Source: Hyaloraphidium curvatum SAG 235-1 | Lineage: Eukaryota > Fungi > Monoblepharomycota | Direction of reading: 5' to 3' | NCBI GenBank assembly: GCA_025558095.1 | Contig: JAIVFI010000024.1 | Coordinates: forward strand, 372,001-436,000 | Length of the DNA: 64,000 nucleotides | Shown: positions 22,814-38,099 of the stretch, in pieces | How positions within the stretch are numbered: position 1 is the stretch's first letter | Layout: each line of letters begins with the position of its first letter | Translations under genes and position numbers: made by a program | The notes under the pieces: model-generated | Database searches by the model: none | Told to the model about the DNA's origin: nothing | What the model saw: the letters and a program-made list of their open reading frames with translations, nothing else

Positions 22814-25607
22814 ATGAGGTGGGCGTCTCTGCCGGCCATCGAAGACCGGGACTGCGCGGAGAATAGTCGATGGAAGCGTACGGGGCCCCCTGGGCGGGCT
22901 CGGAAGGGCGCGATGTCCTCCGACGCGCTGCCTCCCGGACCTCCCCTCCCGCACGCGTCGCTCACGCGCGGCCCGCAGGTTCTACCTCGACGACCTCCCC
23001 GTCATCTTCCCGTACGAGTACATATACCCCGAGCAGTACGCCTACATGCGCGACCTGAAGCGCGCCCTGGACGCGCGCGGGCACTGCCTGCTTGAGATGC
23101 CCTCGGGCACGGGCAAGACGGTCACGCTGCTGAGCCTGATCGTGGCGTACCAGCTGTTCTACCCGGAGAAGAGGAAGCTCATCTGTGGGTTGCGCCCGGC
23201 GGGTGGACCCGGGGCGGCACCGGGCTGACGCGGCCCCTCTGAAGACTGCTCGCGGACGGTGCCCGAGATCGAAAAGGCGCTCGAGGAGCTCAAGCGGCTG
23301 ATGGTCTACCGCCGGGACTTCCGTCGGGCCGAGGCGGAGCGCGGCCCCGGCGGCGCGCTGCCCGAGGGGGCCGAAATCGGCGAGGAGTTCCTCGCGCTGG
23401 GCCTGTCGAGCCGCAAGAACCTGTGCGTGCACCCGACCGTGTCGGCCAACAGGCGCGGGAACCTCGTGGACAGCCGGTGCCGCGACCTGACGGCCAGCTG
23501 GGTGCGGGAGAGGGCGGCGTCGGATCCGTCGATCGAGACGTGCGGGTTCTACGAGGCGCTCGAGTCGGCGGACCAGTCGGCGTCCATGCCGGGCGGGGTG
23601 TACACGCTGGACGATCTGAGGCAGTTCGGGACGCAGAACGGGTTCTGCCCTTACTTTCTGGCGAGGCGGATGGTGGGACTTGAGCTCCGGCGGTTGGCGG
23701 CTGCAAGACCGTTGACAGTCTCTGTTGTCGTATTCCCACAGCTCAACTTCTGCAACGTCATCATCTACTCCTACCACTACCTCCTCGACCCCAAGGTCGC
23801 CGACCTCGTCTCCAAGGAGATGGCCAAGGACTCTATCGTCGTCTTTGACGAGGCCCACAACATCGACAACGTCTGCATCGAGTCCCTGAGCATCGACATC
23901 ACCCGCCCCGTGCTCGAGAGCAGCTCCCGCAGCCTGAACGAGCTGCAGCGCAGCATCGAGCAGGTCAAGGAGACGGACAGGGGCCGGCTGGAGGAGGAGT
24001 ACAACCGGCTGGTGCAGGGCCTGCGGGAACAGGGCATCGGCAGGGAGACGGACGAGGTGCTGGCCAACCCCGTGATTCCGGACGAGATCCTGCAGGAGGC
24101 GATTCCGGGCAACATCCGGCGCGCGGAGCACTTTGTCGCATTTCTGCGGCGGTTCGTAGAGTACCTCAAGACGCGGCTGCGCGTCATGCACGTCGTCGCC
24201 GAGACCCCGACGAGCTTCCTCAACCACCTCAAGGACATGACCTTCATCGAGAAGAAGCCGCTCAAGTTCTGCTCCGAGCGGCTGTCTTCGCTGGTGCGGA
24301 CGCTCGAGCTGACGCACCTCGAGGAGTACACGTCGCTGCAAAAGGTGGCCAACTTTGCCACGCTCGTCGCGACGTACCAGAAGGGCTTCCTGCTTATCCT
24401 GGAGCCGTTCGAGAACGACACGGACACGATACCCAACCCCAACCTGCACTTTACGTGCCTGGACGCGACGCTGGCCATCAAGCCCGTCTTTGACCGCTTC
24501 TCCTCGGTCGTCATCACCTCGGGAACCCTTTCCCCCATGGAGCTCTACCCCACCCTCCTCGGCTTCCGCCCCGTCGTCCTGGAATCCTACCAGATGACCC
24601 TCGTCCGCTCCTCCTTCCTCCCGCTCATCATCACCCGCGGCTCGGACCAGGTCGCCGTCTCCTCGCGGTTCGAGGTCCGCAACGATTTGGCCGTGGTGCG
24701 CAACTACGGCCACATCCTCATCGAGTTCTGCAAGGCCGTGCCCGACGGCATCGTGTGTTTCTTCCCCTCGTACCTGTACATGGAGTCGATCGTGGCCGCG
24801 TGGCAGGAGCTCAAGCTGCTCGACGAGGTGCTCAAGCACAAGCTCATCTTCATCGAGACGCCCGAGGCCGCGGAAACCAGCATTGCGCTGGAGATGTACC
24901 GCACCGCGTGCGACAACGGCCGGGGGGCGGTCATGTTTTCCGTCGCGCGGGGCAAGGTCAGCGAGGGGATCGACTTTGACCACGAGTACGGGCGAGCGGT
25001 GCTCATGTTTGGGGTGCCGTACCAGGTGGGCGGCACGCCAATCTGCATGCATCGATTTGCTGCTCAACCGTCCCGACAGTACACCGAGTCACGCATCCTC
25101 AAGGCGCGGCTCGAGTACATGCGCGACAACCACAAGATCCGCGAGAACGATTTCCTCACCTTCGACGCCATGCGGCACGCCGCCCAGTGCGTCGGCCGCG
25201 TGCTCCGCGGCAAGACCGACTACGGCCTCATGGTGTTTGCCGACAAGCGCTTCGCGCGGGCGGACAAGCGCAACAAGCTGCCCAAGTGGATCGCGTCCAG
25301 CATCAGCGACGCGACCAGCAATTTGTCCACGGACATGGCCGCGGCGATCGCGAGGAAGTTCCTGCGGACCATGGCGCAGCCGTTCGAGGGATCGCAGGTC
25401 GGGATCAGCCTGTGGGACGAGGCCGAGCTGGCAAGGCGGCAGGCGCCCCAATCGGCGCGATTGGGACCGCAGGCAAACGGTGCGGGAGCAAATGGACATG
25501 CCTCGTCCGCGGCTGCAAACGGCGTGAATGGCGACAAGGAGGCCATGGACGTGGACGAGTTCGAGGAGGAGGAGGCGGTCATGCGGGAAATCGAGACCGG
25601 GCACTGA
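22814..25607 (+). CDS. RAD3: TFIIH/NER helicase XPD/Rad3 (ERCC2), multi-exon
   Basis: [31 protein letters not shown], Fe-S cysteines, [34 protein letters not shown]. Confidence 0.98.
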
Positions 25608-25992
25608 TTTGCGATACCCGACCATTGTAGTGATATGAATTGCTTCGTTCTTGATTGAGAAATGAGTTTGAGCCGGAAGATCGGGGATTCCTTCCACCTC
25701 GTTCCGCCTGATCTGCCTTTTGTCTCACGTCATCAAAGTCTGTGCCTCGCACATTGCGCCCTTCTGACCCGGAGTACCGACTCGCTACCCCCTTTCCCGT
25801 GAGTACGGCCACATAACAAGCAGACGGCGATGGAGCAGAGTCGGCCGGCGCCTGCGCGGCTGCCGGAGGACAGCCTCGCCCCGTCTGAGATGGAAGTCGA
25901 GAGAAGGGAGCCACAGAGCGGGGCGCAGTCGTTTCGGCATGGAGTTGCGTTCAATTCCATCGGAGCGATGAGGACGTTGCCTCTCGGACTGA

Positions 25993-26900
<908 letters not shown>

Positions 26901-27277
26901 TAGGCGCGCCATGATGCTGAGGCCGCGGGATGTCCAATCGAAGGCAGTTGATTGAATCATAGACCTTCATCATGTATAGCCAAGCAGTTTGATTCCATTG
27001 AGCTTTCCACCTGACGGGGCAACTCCCGATCGAGCCGGCGCCGCCCGGAACGTCCGTTGCCAAACACCGGAGTCATCAGCGCTGAAACTGCCCTTCGAGA
27101 CCCGGAACCGCTCGCCAGACGCGTTTCGTGCCTCGATATTGTTCTCCGAAGACCGACCTGGGCTTTGGCTGAGCTTTGGGCGTCGGAGAAGCGGGCATCG
27201 GAAGCGCCACTTTCCGCTGGGACATCCCGGAGCAAGTTCCGGCATCGTACAACCTCCTTTCTGGACGATTTGCAACA

Positions 27278-28490
27278 ATGTCGACCTCCACGGACAACTT
27301 CGAGACCGAGATTATCACCCTGCCGCGTCACATCTTGGCGCAGCAGCGGGCACACAAGGGGGCAACCGGGGACCTGTCGATGCTGCTCGTGGCCGTCCAG
27401 CTTGGTTGCAAGTTCGTTGCCAATGCCGTGAGGAAGGCCAAGCTGGTCAACCTGTGAGTTGGCTTGGGACCGGAACGGGAGCGTGCCTCACGCCGCCTCC
27501 CAGGACCGGCCTGTCCGCTGCTGGCACCTCCAACGTGCACGCCGAGGAGCAGAAGAAGCTTGATGTGCTCGCGAACGACATCTTTATCAACGCACTCCGG
27601 AGCTCCGACAAGGTGAAGGTCATGGTCTCGGAGGAAATCGACGACCCCATCTTCGTGGAGGACGAGCCCGGTGCCAAGTACGTCGTGGTGTTTGATCCGC
27701 TCGACGGCAGCAGCAACATCGACTGCGCCGTCTCCGTCGGCACCATTTTCGGCATCTACCACGCGGTGGGACCGAGTCAGACGCTCTGTGGATGTGGCGG
27801 AAGTGCTGATCCACACTCAGAGCGACGGGCCGGGCAAGATCGACGATGCGCTGAAGCCGGGTAGCGAGATGGTCGCCGCTGGCTATGCTCTTTACGGCTC
27901 GTCCTGCATCCTGGTCATGGCGACCGCAAACGGCGTGCACGGCTACACTCTTGACCCTTCGATCGGAGAGTTCATTCTCAGCCACCCCGACGTGAGCAGA
28001 CGTACTTTGTCCCGCTGTGAACGTGGATTGACGTTGTCTGCCTCAGCTCACGATCCCGAAGCGCGGCAAGATCTACTCGGTGAACGAAGGCAACTCCAAG
28101 TACTTCGACGAGGCAACGGCCGCGTACCTCGAGAGCATCAAGTACCCCAGCGACCCGAAAAAGGCGCCGTACGGTGCGCGCTACGTCGGCTCCATGGTGG
28201 CCGATGTGCACCGCACGCTACTCTATGGCGGCATCTTCGCATACCCCGGCGACAAGAAGTCCCCGAAGGGCAAGCTGCGGCTGCTCTACGAGGGCTTCCC
28301 CATGGCCTATGTCCTGGAAAAGGCCGGCGGCAGGGCCACAACCGGCAGGGAGCGTGTGCTGGATCTCGTTCCGGAGAACATCCACTGCCGCGCCCCGATC
28401 TTCCTTGGGAGCGAGGACGACGTCAAGGACGTTGAGGAGTTCTACAAAAAGATGGATGCCGGCGAGCTGAAGGCGGCGAATGGAAAGTGA
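27278..28490 (+). CDS. FBP1: Fructose-1,6-bisphosphatase, multi-exon
   Basis: [52 protein letters not shown]. Confidence 0.97.
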
Positions 28491-28605
28491 TCGCAGGAAC
28501 CGGTTGGCCTGGATGGATGAGATTGGTGACGTCTGTACATATCCTCCGAAACAACACTTGTGGCCCTCCAAATCCTTCAATAAAACATCCAAACACTCGA
28601 TCTCT

Positions 28606-29959
28606 TCAGAGCTTCGCTTGCTCCTGGGTCTTGGACTCGCTATCGTTGCTATAGATCTCCTTCACGAGCTTTCCCTCGATGAGAGACGAGTCACGCCTTG
28701 CTCCGGCGGATTCGCCCCATGGGCGAGGCGCTCTTCCCAAGAAGACCTCGGGGACGAGAGTGTCGCTGCCCAGGGGAGCTGCGTCGTGCGTCTTGATGAG
28801 ATCGGCGGGAGGCATGTCCTCGAGGCGCGGAGGGCTGGCATAGCCTACGAAAGGAGATGTGAGCTCAGCATACGTCACATTACGTGAGAAACTGAACCAA
28901 GGGTGTAATCTTAGTCGCAGGTAAGCTACTAGCATCGGCGAAAGCGGGTGCGCGTCTCCCACCTGCGGCCGCATATCCGATGAGTTCTTGTACCATTGGG
29001 TCGAGTGTTCTAGCAATGTGGATCGGAACACTCAATTTCTGGTCCTCCTCCTGTCTTAACCTTGAAGCAGAGGCCTCAGTGATATCTCTGGATGGTCGAA
29101 GAAAGGCACGTACCATCCCACTGCAAAGCTCAGGTGCATCCCGATGCGCCACTGGTCCTTCGTGACGTTCTCCCCACCGCTGTGCATCGCACTTCCAGTG
29201 TAGATGACTGCGCTGCCCTTGGGCATCACGGCGTAGCACGTCTCTTCCTCCGAGGGCACGTAGTCCCAGTCCAAGGGGCGGAGATGAGTCTTCGGTGCTA
29301 TCCGGGTCGCGCCGTTTTCCTGCCAAAAACGTGAGCAGCAATCGCAAAGCTCGCAAGCCAATCACCTTGGTGAAGTCGGAGAGAGCCCATACTGACGCCA
29401 GTTCCGGTTCCACTTGGTCCGTCAGCATGTCCTTGCCCCACGCCTGCCGGTCCCGGTGCCAGGGCTGCGCCGGCGACTTGGGCCCAATGCGTATGACCTG
29501 CCGAGCCGGAAGACGATGTAGCAGGAGCTTGGAGGAGTTGTGGAGTACCGACCTGAGTGGCCATGACGTGAAACCGTTTGCACCACGGGAGCAAGTTGTC
29601 CTCGGCGGCAGCAAGCAAGAAGGGGTTGACCAGGACTTCCTTGTTGAACGTGGGTGACCGGGCTGCGAGCGCACCGGTTCTCGTGGTGTTCATCCCCGCG
29701 AAGTCGTCGTTGCCTGCACAGCAGCAGAGGGAAGCACCAACGGATGCAGGATGTCGGCCCCTAGCGCCCCCAACAGCGGCGGCTCACGCTTACCTTTGGT
29801 GGTTCTCTCGATGAAAGGGGTCATTTCGGAGACGATGCGGTCGGCTGCCTCCGCCGAAATCAGGTTCGTGACAACGCAGGCCCCATCTTCGCGTATGGCC
29901 CGGACGACGTCCTCCTTGCTGCACGCCCGCGCGTCCAAGTACTGGAGCTTCGCAGGCAT
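28606..29959 (-). CDS. Phytanoyl-CoA dioxygenase (PhyH) family Fe(II)/2OG dioxygenase, multi-exon
   Basis: IREDGACVV, QPWHRD (HxD), ALSDFTKENGATR, MHSGGEN, LRQEEDQ, QELIGY. Confidence 0.88.
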
Positions 29960-30241
29960 TCTGCCGAGCTGCAGCCGCCTCCAAGGAAAGCACTTGAGGC
30001 GTTTGAGGGTTGGGCGGAGTCAGGAGCAGGCTCCCCGATCGCGCCCGATCGATCAGGACCCGGTACGGATGCGGAGGAACCGCCAACTGTGGCGTCCACG
30101 CCCACCACGAAAACTCATCTCGATCGACGACGATGCGAAAACACATACACCGGTCGATCCAGAGTCGAGTCCTGTGCTCCGTTGAACGGTGAAATGAATA
30201 CGCTACCGACCACAGCAATACATCCTCACGCTGAAGCCCCC

Positions 30242-31370
30242 TCAGCGGTCCTCCCCATAGCTGCCAACAGCTTCGCGTTCAGCTCCTGCAACGACCAGGT
30301 CCTTTAGCGAGCCATCAACGATTGGGCCAGTGTGCGCATACCTTTGCTTCGGCAATGCCCTCCACGTCCGTCTGCACCCACTCCATGTCTCCCGTGGCGA
30401 TCTCCTCCTCCTCCTCCCTTTCCATCCGCGCCCGATCAGTCTCGCCGCTCTGCCTGCGCTTCTCGAGCCGCGCCAAACGGTCGACCTGCCTCCTAACCAG
30501 TGATCGGATGTAGCCGGTACGCGTCGCCGCGGGACCGACTGGCACTCGGCCGCCGGAAGGAGCCGCGGGATCCACGACGGAAGGCAGGGTCCGACGTACG
30601 AGCTCCGCAATGTGGGTGAGAGATGCAGTGAGGGCCGCGAGGTCTGCGGGTTCCGTGGAGGGCCGGAGGGACGGGAGAGCCTCCCTCAGAGCGCGGGAAG
30701 CAGGAACACGGGAGGAAAGCTGGGCCATGCGGGTGCTGAGCTTGTGGTTCAGCAGCTTTTGCTGCAGGGACATGTTAGCGAAGTTGAATGACAAGAGCGA
30801 CCCGGACTCACTGCAGCGAGCTTCTTCCGCAGCTCCTCAAGCTCTGTGTCGACTGCTTTCTCGTCTTCTTCAGTCAGCGAAAAGTCCATGCTCTGCAATG
30901 AGGAAGTCGTTCGGATCCAGACCCTCGACACACCGTCGATGGCGCTCACCTCCTGGTACGGCAGCCGGATATCCAGTCCAGGTGGCAGGTTGAACACGTC
31001 GTTCACGCAGTAGGTTTCAAACTGATCAAATCGCTTGTCGAGGGACTCGAGCAGGAGTGTCTCGAACTGGGAAATGCCCTGCGGCGGGGGTTCGTCGGTT
31101 CCGCATTCCTCGGCCCGCTCGTCGGAGCGCCACCTTCTCGTTCTCCAGATCCATGACCTCGTCCTCCTCGCCCGCCTTTGCGTATTCGGCGGTGGTAAAG
31201 GCCTCGAGCTCGTTGAGCCCTTTGGTCGCGGCCTCGTTGGCAGCGTTGATGACCTCGTCCACTACCGACATGAAAACGAAGCCTAGGTGCTCAATGACCA
31301 CCTCCTCGGCCGGCGAGAAAACGAAAGGCTCGTTTGCGGCCAGTGCCGCGGGAACGTCGGTGGTCGACAT
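30242..31370 (-). CDS. MIS12: Kinetochore protein Mis12/Mtw1, multi-exon
   Basis: EHLGFVFMSVVDEVINAAN...GISQFETLLESLDKRFDQFETYCVNDVFNLP resembles the Mis12 domain. Confidence 0.82.
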
Positions 31371-31647
31371 GGTCGCGCCCTTTGGAGGAGGAGGGGTGGT
31401 GGGGCCGCGGTCACGGTTGTTTGCCGCGCTTCCGGTGCGCGAGCGCCCTGCAAGCGAAGGCCGGAGTAGCTGGAGAGGTACGAGGCTCCGTTCGCAAGCG
31501 GGAAGAGAGCGCTGTCGGCTCGCGGCCCTCCGAAATTGGAGCGCGTCGTTCACCAGCGGCTAGGGATCACGTCGGCGCGGCGGTCATCACTCCCCTCCAA
31601 ATCAAAGTCGATTCACTCAGGGAGACCGCTGTCTAGGCGGCTACTCC

Positions 31648-31993
31648 AAGCTCGCGCAGTACAACAAGCGCTCGACCATCTCGTCGCGCGAGATCCAGAC
31701 CTCGGTGCGCCTGATCCTGCCCGGCGAGCTCGCCAAGCACGCCGTGTCGGAGGGCACCAAGGCCGTCACCAAGTTCACCAGCTCTAAGTAGAGCAGCGTG
31801 GCTCGGCCTCGAACTCTTTGGCGGGCACCCGCTCCCCGGCGTATCTAAACGCCACCACCCTCTTCTCGTTGTTCATGTACATGTGGTTGAATGAATGGTC
31901 TCCTTCTCTACTGCTCCGCGCCTCGAGTCTTCGAGTCCTCGAGCCCACCAGGTCCACTGCCCGGCGCGGGTGCTCTCCACCGGGCTTTGGCAG
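31648..31993 (+). pseudogene. 5'-truncated histone H2B fragment plus 3' UTR (inverted copy of about 35507-35852)
   Basis: Near-identical to the reverse complement of H2B ([18 protein letters not shown]...TSSK*); no start codon or N-terminal half. Confidence 0.92.
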
Positions 31994-32093
31994 CTGCTTG
32001 GCGCGCGTACGGGAGGCGTGGCGATCGGCCAAAAGCAGTTCTCAAATCGCGCACTTCCTTCCATAACATGTGCTGGATTGAGCCGTATTCCTT

Positions 32094-32200
32094 CGTTCAC
32101 CGGTCGGGATCGCCGTTCACCTGCTGGTGACCATGCTAGGGGAGCTTCGTTCACCGGGCGAGGTTCCGTTCACCGGGCGAGATCACCGTTCACCGGCCGG
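32094..32200. repeat. Short tandem array, five CGTTCACC cores, about 20-bp unit
   Basis: CGTTCACC at 32094, 32114, 32148, 32167 and 32187. Confidence 0.85.
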
Positions 32201-32274
32201 TGATCTAGGCGGATCTTCGCCAAGGGTCGTCGACGTCACCAAGAAGTTATCACTCAGACTCAGATAGGTCACCA

Positions 32275-34611
<2,337 letters not shown>

Positions 34612-35640
34612 GTGCGGGACGAAGGGATGGATCTGTGGAGCTGGTGCTGGGAAGCAGCTCCTTTATACCTTGTCGGCGCGGAAGGCCTCGCTGAACCTGA
34701 ACCTATCTGAACCTGACCCTGCGAGCACAGGCAATGTACCATTATACACTGTGGAACAATGTAATGTACAATTTCCCAGATCTTCCCTTGGCTCGTCGTT
34801 GGCGTTCTGCTTTGGTTCCTTGACCGCTTTGATATGCCTGGCGAGCAAGCCCCGCGCCACGGACAGGCGGATACCTTTGAAAGAGGAGCAAGCAGCGGAC
34901 GAGCACACAACTGGGGTGGTGATTGGCGAGGCGATCTTCAACGACCTGTTTCGAGAGGGGGACGATGGAGCACCGGGACCTGGTTCCTTGCAGGGAACAT
35001 CTTTTGTTCATCATACAACGCTCCGCTTTTGTTCATCATACAGCGAGAAGCGTCCGAGCCACCCGAGGTAATGGATAGCGTTGCCGCCGCGGATCTGAAC
35101 CTTGAAGGTGCACGAGCATTCGGCCCGCGGTCTCGCAGCCGAAAAAGATCAAGACTCGCCGATCTGCGACTGCCTCGGCAAAGCATCGTCGATTTAAAAC
35201 GAGGACATAGGCTTGAGCAGCCCGCCCCGGTCGCCGCTACCGGCGAGTTGGGAATGTTAGGTCGACGCCTCCGGACCACCGCGAAAGGGACAACGGATCT
35301 CCGCGCGCCAAAGCGCCCAAAAATCCGAAATTCACGCGGATGGCAGAGCCAGCATGTCGAACAAGCAGCGGGGGCTTTAGGGTTAGGTTGTGGGCTCCGT
35401 TGGCCTTGTCGAGCCCGGCGTCATTGGGGCGCCTCCATGAGTCCCTCACCACTCCGCTACGCGCCGCCAAGCGGGCCCGAGAACAGAGGTTGGAAAATGC
35501 AGCACTCTGCCAAAGACCGGTGGAGAGCACCCGCGCCGGGCAGTGGACCTGGTGGGCTCGAGGACTCGAAGACTCGAGGCGCGGAGCAGTAGAGAAGGAG
35601 ACCATTCATTCAACCACATGTACATGAACAACGAGAAGAG

Positions 35641-35664
35641 GGTGGTGGCGTTTAGATACGCCGG
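35641..35664 (-). promoter_or_regulatory. Conserved histone 3' UTR stem-loop element (H2B)
   Basis: CCGGCGTATCTAAACGCCACCACC, 44 nt after the H2B stop; identical element in the H2A 3' UTR. Confidence 0.8.
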
Positions 35665-35708
35665 GGAGCGGGTGCCCGCCAAAGAGTTCGAGGCCGAGCC
35701 ACGCTGCT

Positions 35709-36259
35709 CTACTTAGAGCTGGTGAACTTGGTGACGGCCTTGGTGCCCTCCGACACGGCGTGCTTGGCGAGCTCGCCGGGCAGGATCAGGCGCACCGAGG
35801 TCTGGATCTCGCGCGACGAGATGGTCGAGCGCTTGTTGTACTGCGCGAGCTTCGAGGCCTCGACGGCGACGCGCTCGAAGATGTCGTTGACGAACGAGTT
35901 GAGGATCGACATGGCCTTGTTCGAGATACCGGTGTCGGGGTGGACCTGCTTCAGCACCTTGTAGACTGGAGGGCGAGGCGGAGGTGAGCGGAGGCTCGCG
36001 GGGGGCAGATCCGGGCGACGCACTGTAGGTGGAGTAGGTCTCGCGCCGCACGCGCCGCTTCTTGGTCTTGCCCTCGGCCGACTTCTTCTTGGCGGGGGCC
36101 TTGCCGGCGGGCTTCTTGGTGGTCTGGAGGGCGGCGGGTGAGCGGGGACGGGGGGGAGTCGCGGGGGGCACGCACCTTGGCCGCGGGGGCCTTGGTGGCG
36201 GGGGCCTTGGCGGCCTCGGCGCCTTCGGCAGCGGGCTCAGCAGCCTTCTTGGGGGCCAT
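35709..36259 (-). CDS. HTB1: Histone H2B (2 introns)
   Basis: MAPKKAAE...RRETYSTY|IYK-type exon junction, [24 protein letters not shown]...AVTKFTSSK. Confidence 0.98.
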
Positions 36260-36492
36260 GTCGACGAGTGTGCTACGGCGGTGTGCGGGCAGCGGTTGCT
36301 GCTCGGGCTTGGGGGGTATGCGATTATAAGGCGCCCCTGCCGTACGGTGCCCGCTTTTCGCGCGGCCGAGTTCGTAAAGGCCGTTGGCCGCGCCGGCCCC
36401 CCGCGACCGCGCGCACTATATAGCCCGGCGCCCACCCCTCCCACCGCCAACCGCCGCAGCACCGAACCTCCGTCGCAGCAGCAAACGCAACC
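36260..36492. promoter_or_regulatory. Bidirectional H2A/H2B promoter with a TATA-like element on each strand and an E2F/SCB-like site
   Basis: TTATAA at about 36324-36329, TATATA at about 36417-36422, TTTTCGCGCG at 36355-36364. Confidence 0.75.
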
Positions 36493-37059
<567 letters not shown>

Positions 37060-37104
37060 GCGCACCCTCCGCCATCCTCCAAGGCTCCCCGGGGCCAACT
37101 TCAA

Positions 37105-37128
37105 CCGGCGTATCTAAACGCCACCACC
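37105..37128 (+). promoter_or_regulatory. Conserved histone 3' UTR stem-loop element (H2A)
   Basis: CCGGCGTATCTAAACGCCACCACC, 45 nt after the H2A stop. Confidence 0.8.
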
Positions 37129-37892
37129 AGCACCTCTGGCTTGTAAATGCTCTAATTCAATGGCCTGAACTCCACGTCTCTGCGCTCCGCGCTTCCTCCG
37201 TCCCTGGTTGCCCACCGTCCTTGTCCCTCCCGTTGCGCACTCCTGCGACATGACTTGCTCTGCACCCGGCTCATGCTCCGGATGGATGGCTGTTCGCGCG
37301 ATGTTGACCGGGCGACACGTCCTCGGTACGTCGATCCTCGGGCGCCTCCTGCTGCGGAGGCTTAGCAGGAAAGACCGCCAGGTGGCATCCACTCGAGCTC
37401 GGGGCTGATGCGCGCTCTCGCGAGCTCTCTGGTCCAGGTGAACGCCGTTATGATCCGAGGTGTGTCGTGCCAAGGGGGGTTCGGCTGGAAGGCAAGGCAA
37501 TGGTGAGGCTGGACGGTGCACGGGTTGGTAAAGACGGGGACGCCGACGCTCCGGTAAAGCAATTTAGACATGTGGCCGAGAATCAAAGATCGTAGACGTG
37601 TTGCGGAACACCCTTTGCGGCAGTCGCAGCGCCAAGGACGGCGGGCCGATGGCTGGTAATGCTCTCGACAGTCCGTGAAAGATGACATTGCTGACGCCAG
37701 GGCCGTAGCGAATTAGTCGTTGCGCAACGTGCGGCGGGGTTCCGCCTCCTGGAACCATCGCCCGAGCCCTTCGGGTATGCAGCGATGCGGGGCCGGCCGT
37801 GGAGCCGGGTCGGCGGCGCCGCGGCGGTCTGGATGGATTCATCTTCTGCTCCTCGCTTCGGTATCGGGAAACGCAGGACAAGGAGCCACAGT

Positions 37893-37925
37893 GGACTGGA
37901 GTTGGAAAGGACTGGAGTTGGAAAG
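37893..37925. repeat. 16-bp direct repeat, 2 copies
   Basis: GGACTGGAGTTGGAAA twice. Confidence 0.85.
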
Positions 37926-38051
37926 ATCCGCAGGGGTCGACCTGTCCGGAACGAGCCGGAGGCTTGTGGAGGGCCCAGCAGAGGTACTACCGTGTCTGAC
38001 CTTGACGAGGGACCCCTGATGATTCTGAGCGCCGCAGAGTCGAGGCAACAA

Positions 38052-38099
38052 TTGCAACGCACGGCGTTCTCCTTGTTGCAACGCACGGAGTTCTCCTTG
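38052..38099. repeat. 24-bp direct repeat, 2 copies
   Basis: TTGCAACGCACGG(C/A)GTTCTCCTTG twice. Confidence 0.85.

Noticed and set aside
22962-25067. Long antisense ORFs (701 aa here; also 41161-43896 and 58342-61134)
   Set aside because: Shadows of high-GC3 sense genes with no recognisable domains.
32094-32200. CRISPR-like interpretation of the repeat array
   Set aside because: Eukaryotic context, 8-bp core, no unique spacers of consistent length, no cas genes.
35376-35388. TTTAGGGTTAGG telomere-like sequence near the H2B 3' flank
   Set aside because: Only about 2 units; expected by chance.
37081-37099. AAGGCTCCCCGGGGCCAAC hairpin resembling the canonical histone stem-loop
   Set aside because: 14-nt core with no U-rich loop and no counterpart in the H2B UTR; not supportable alone.
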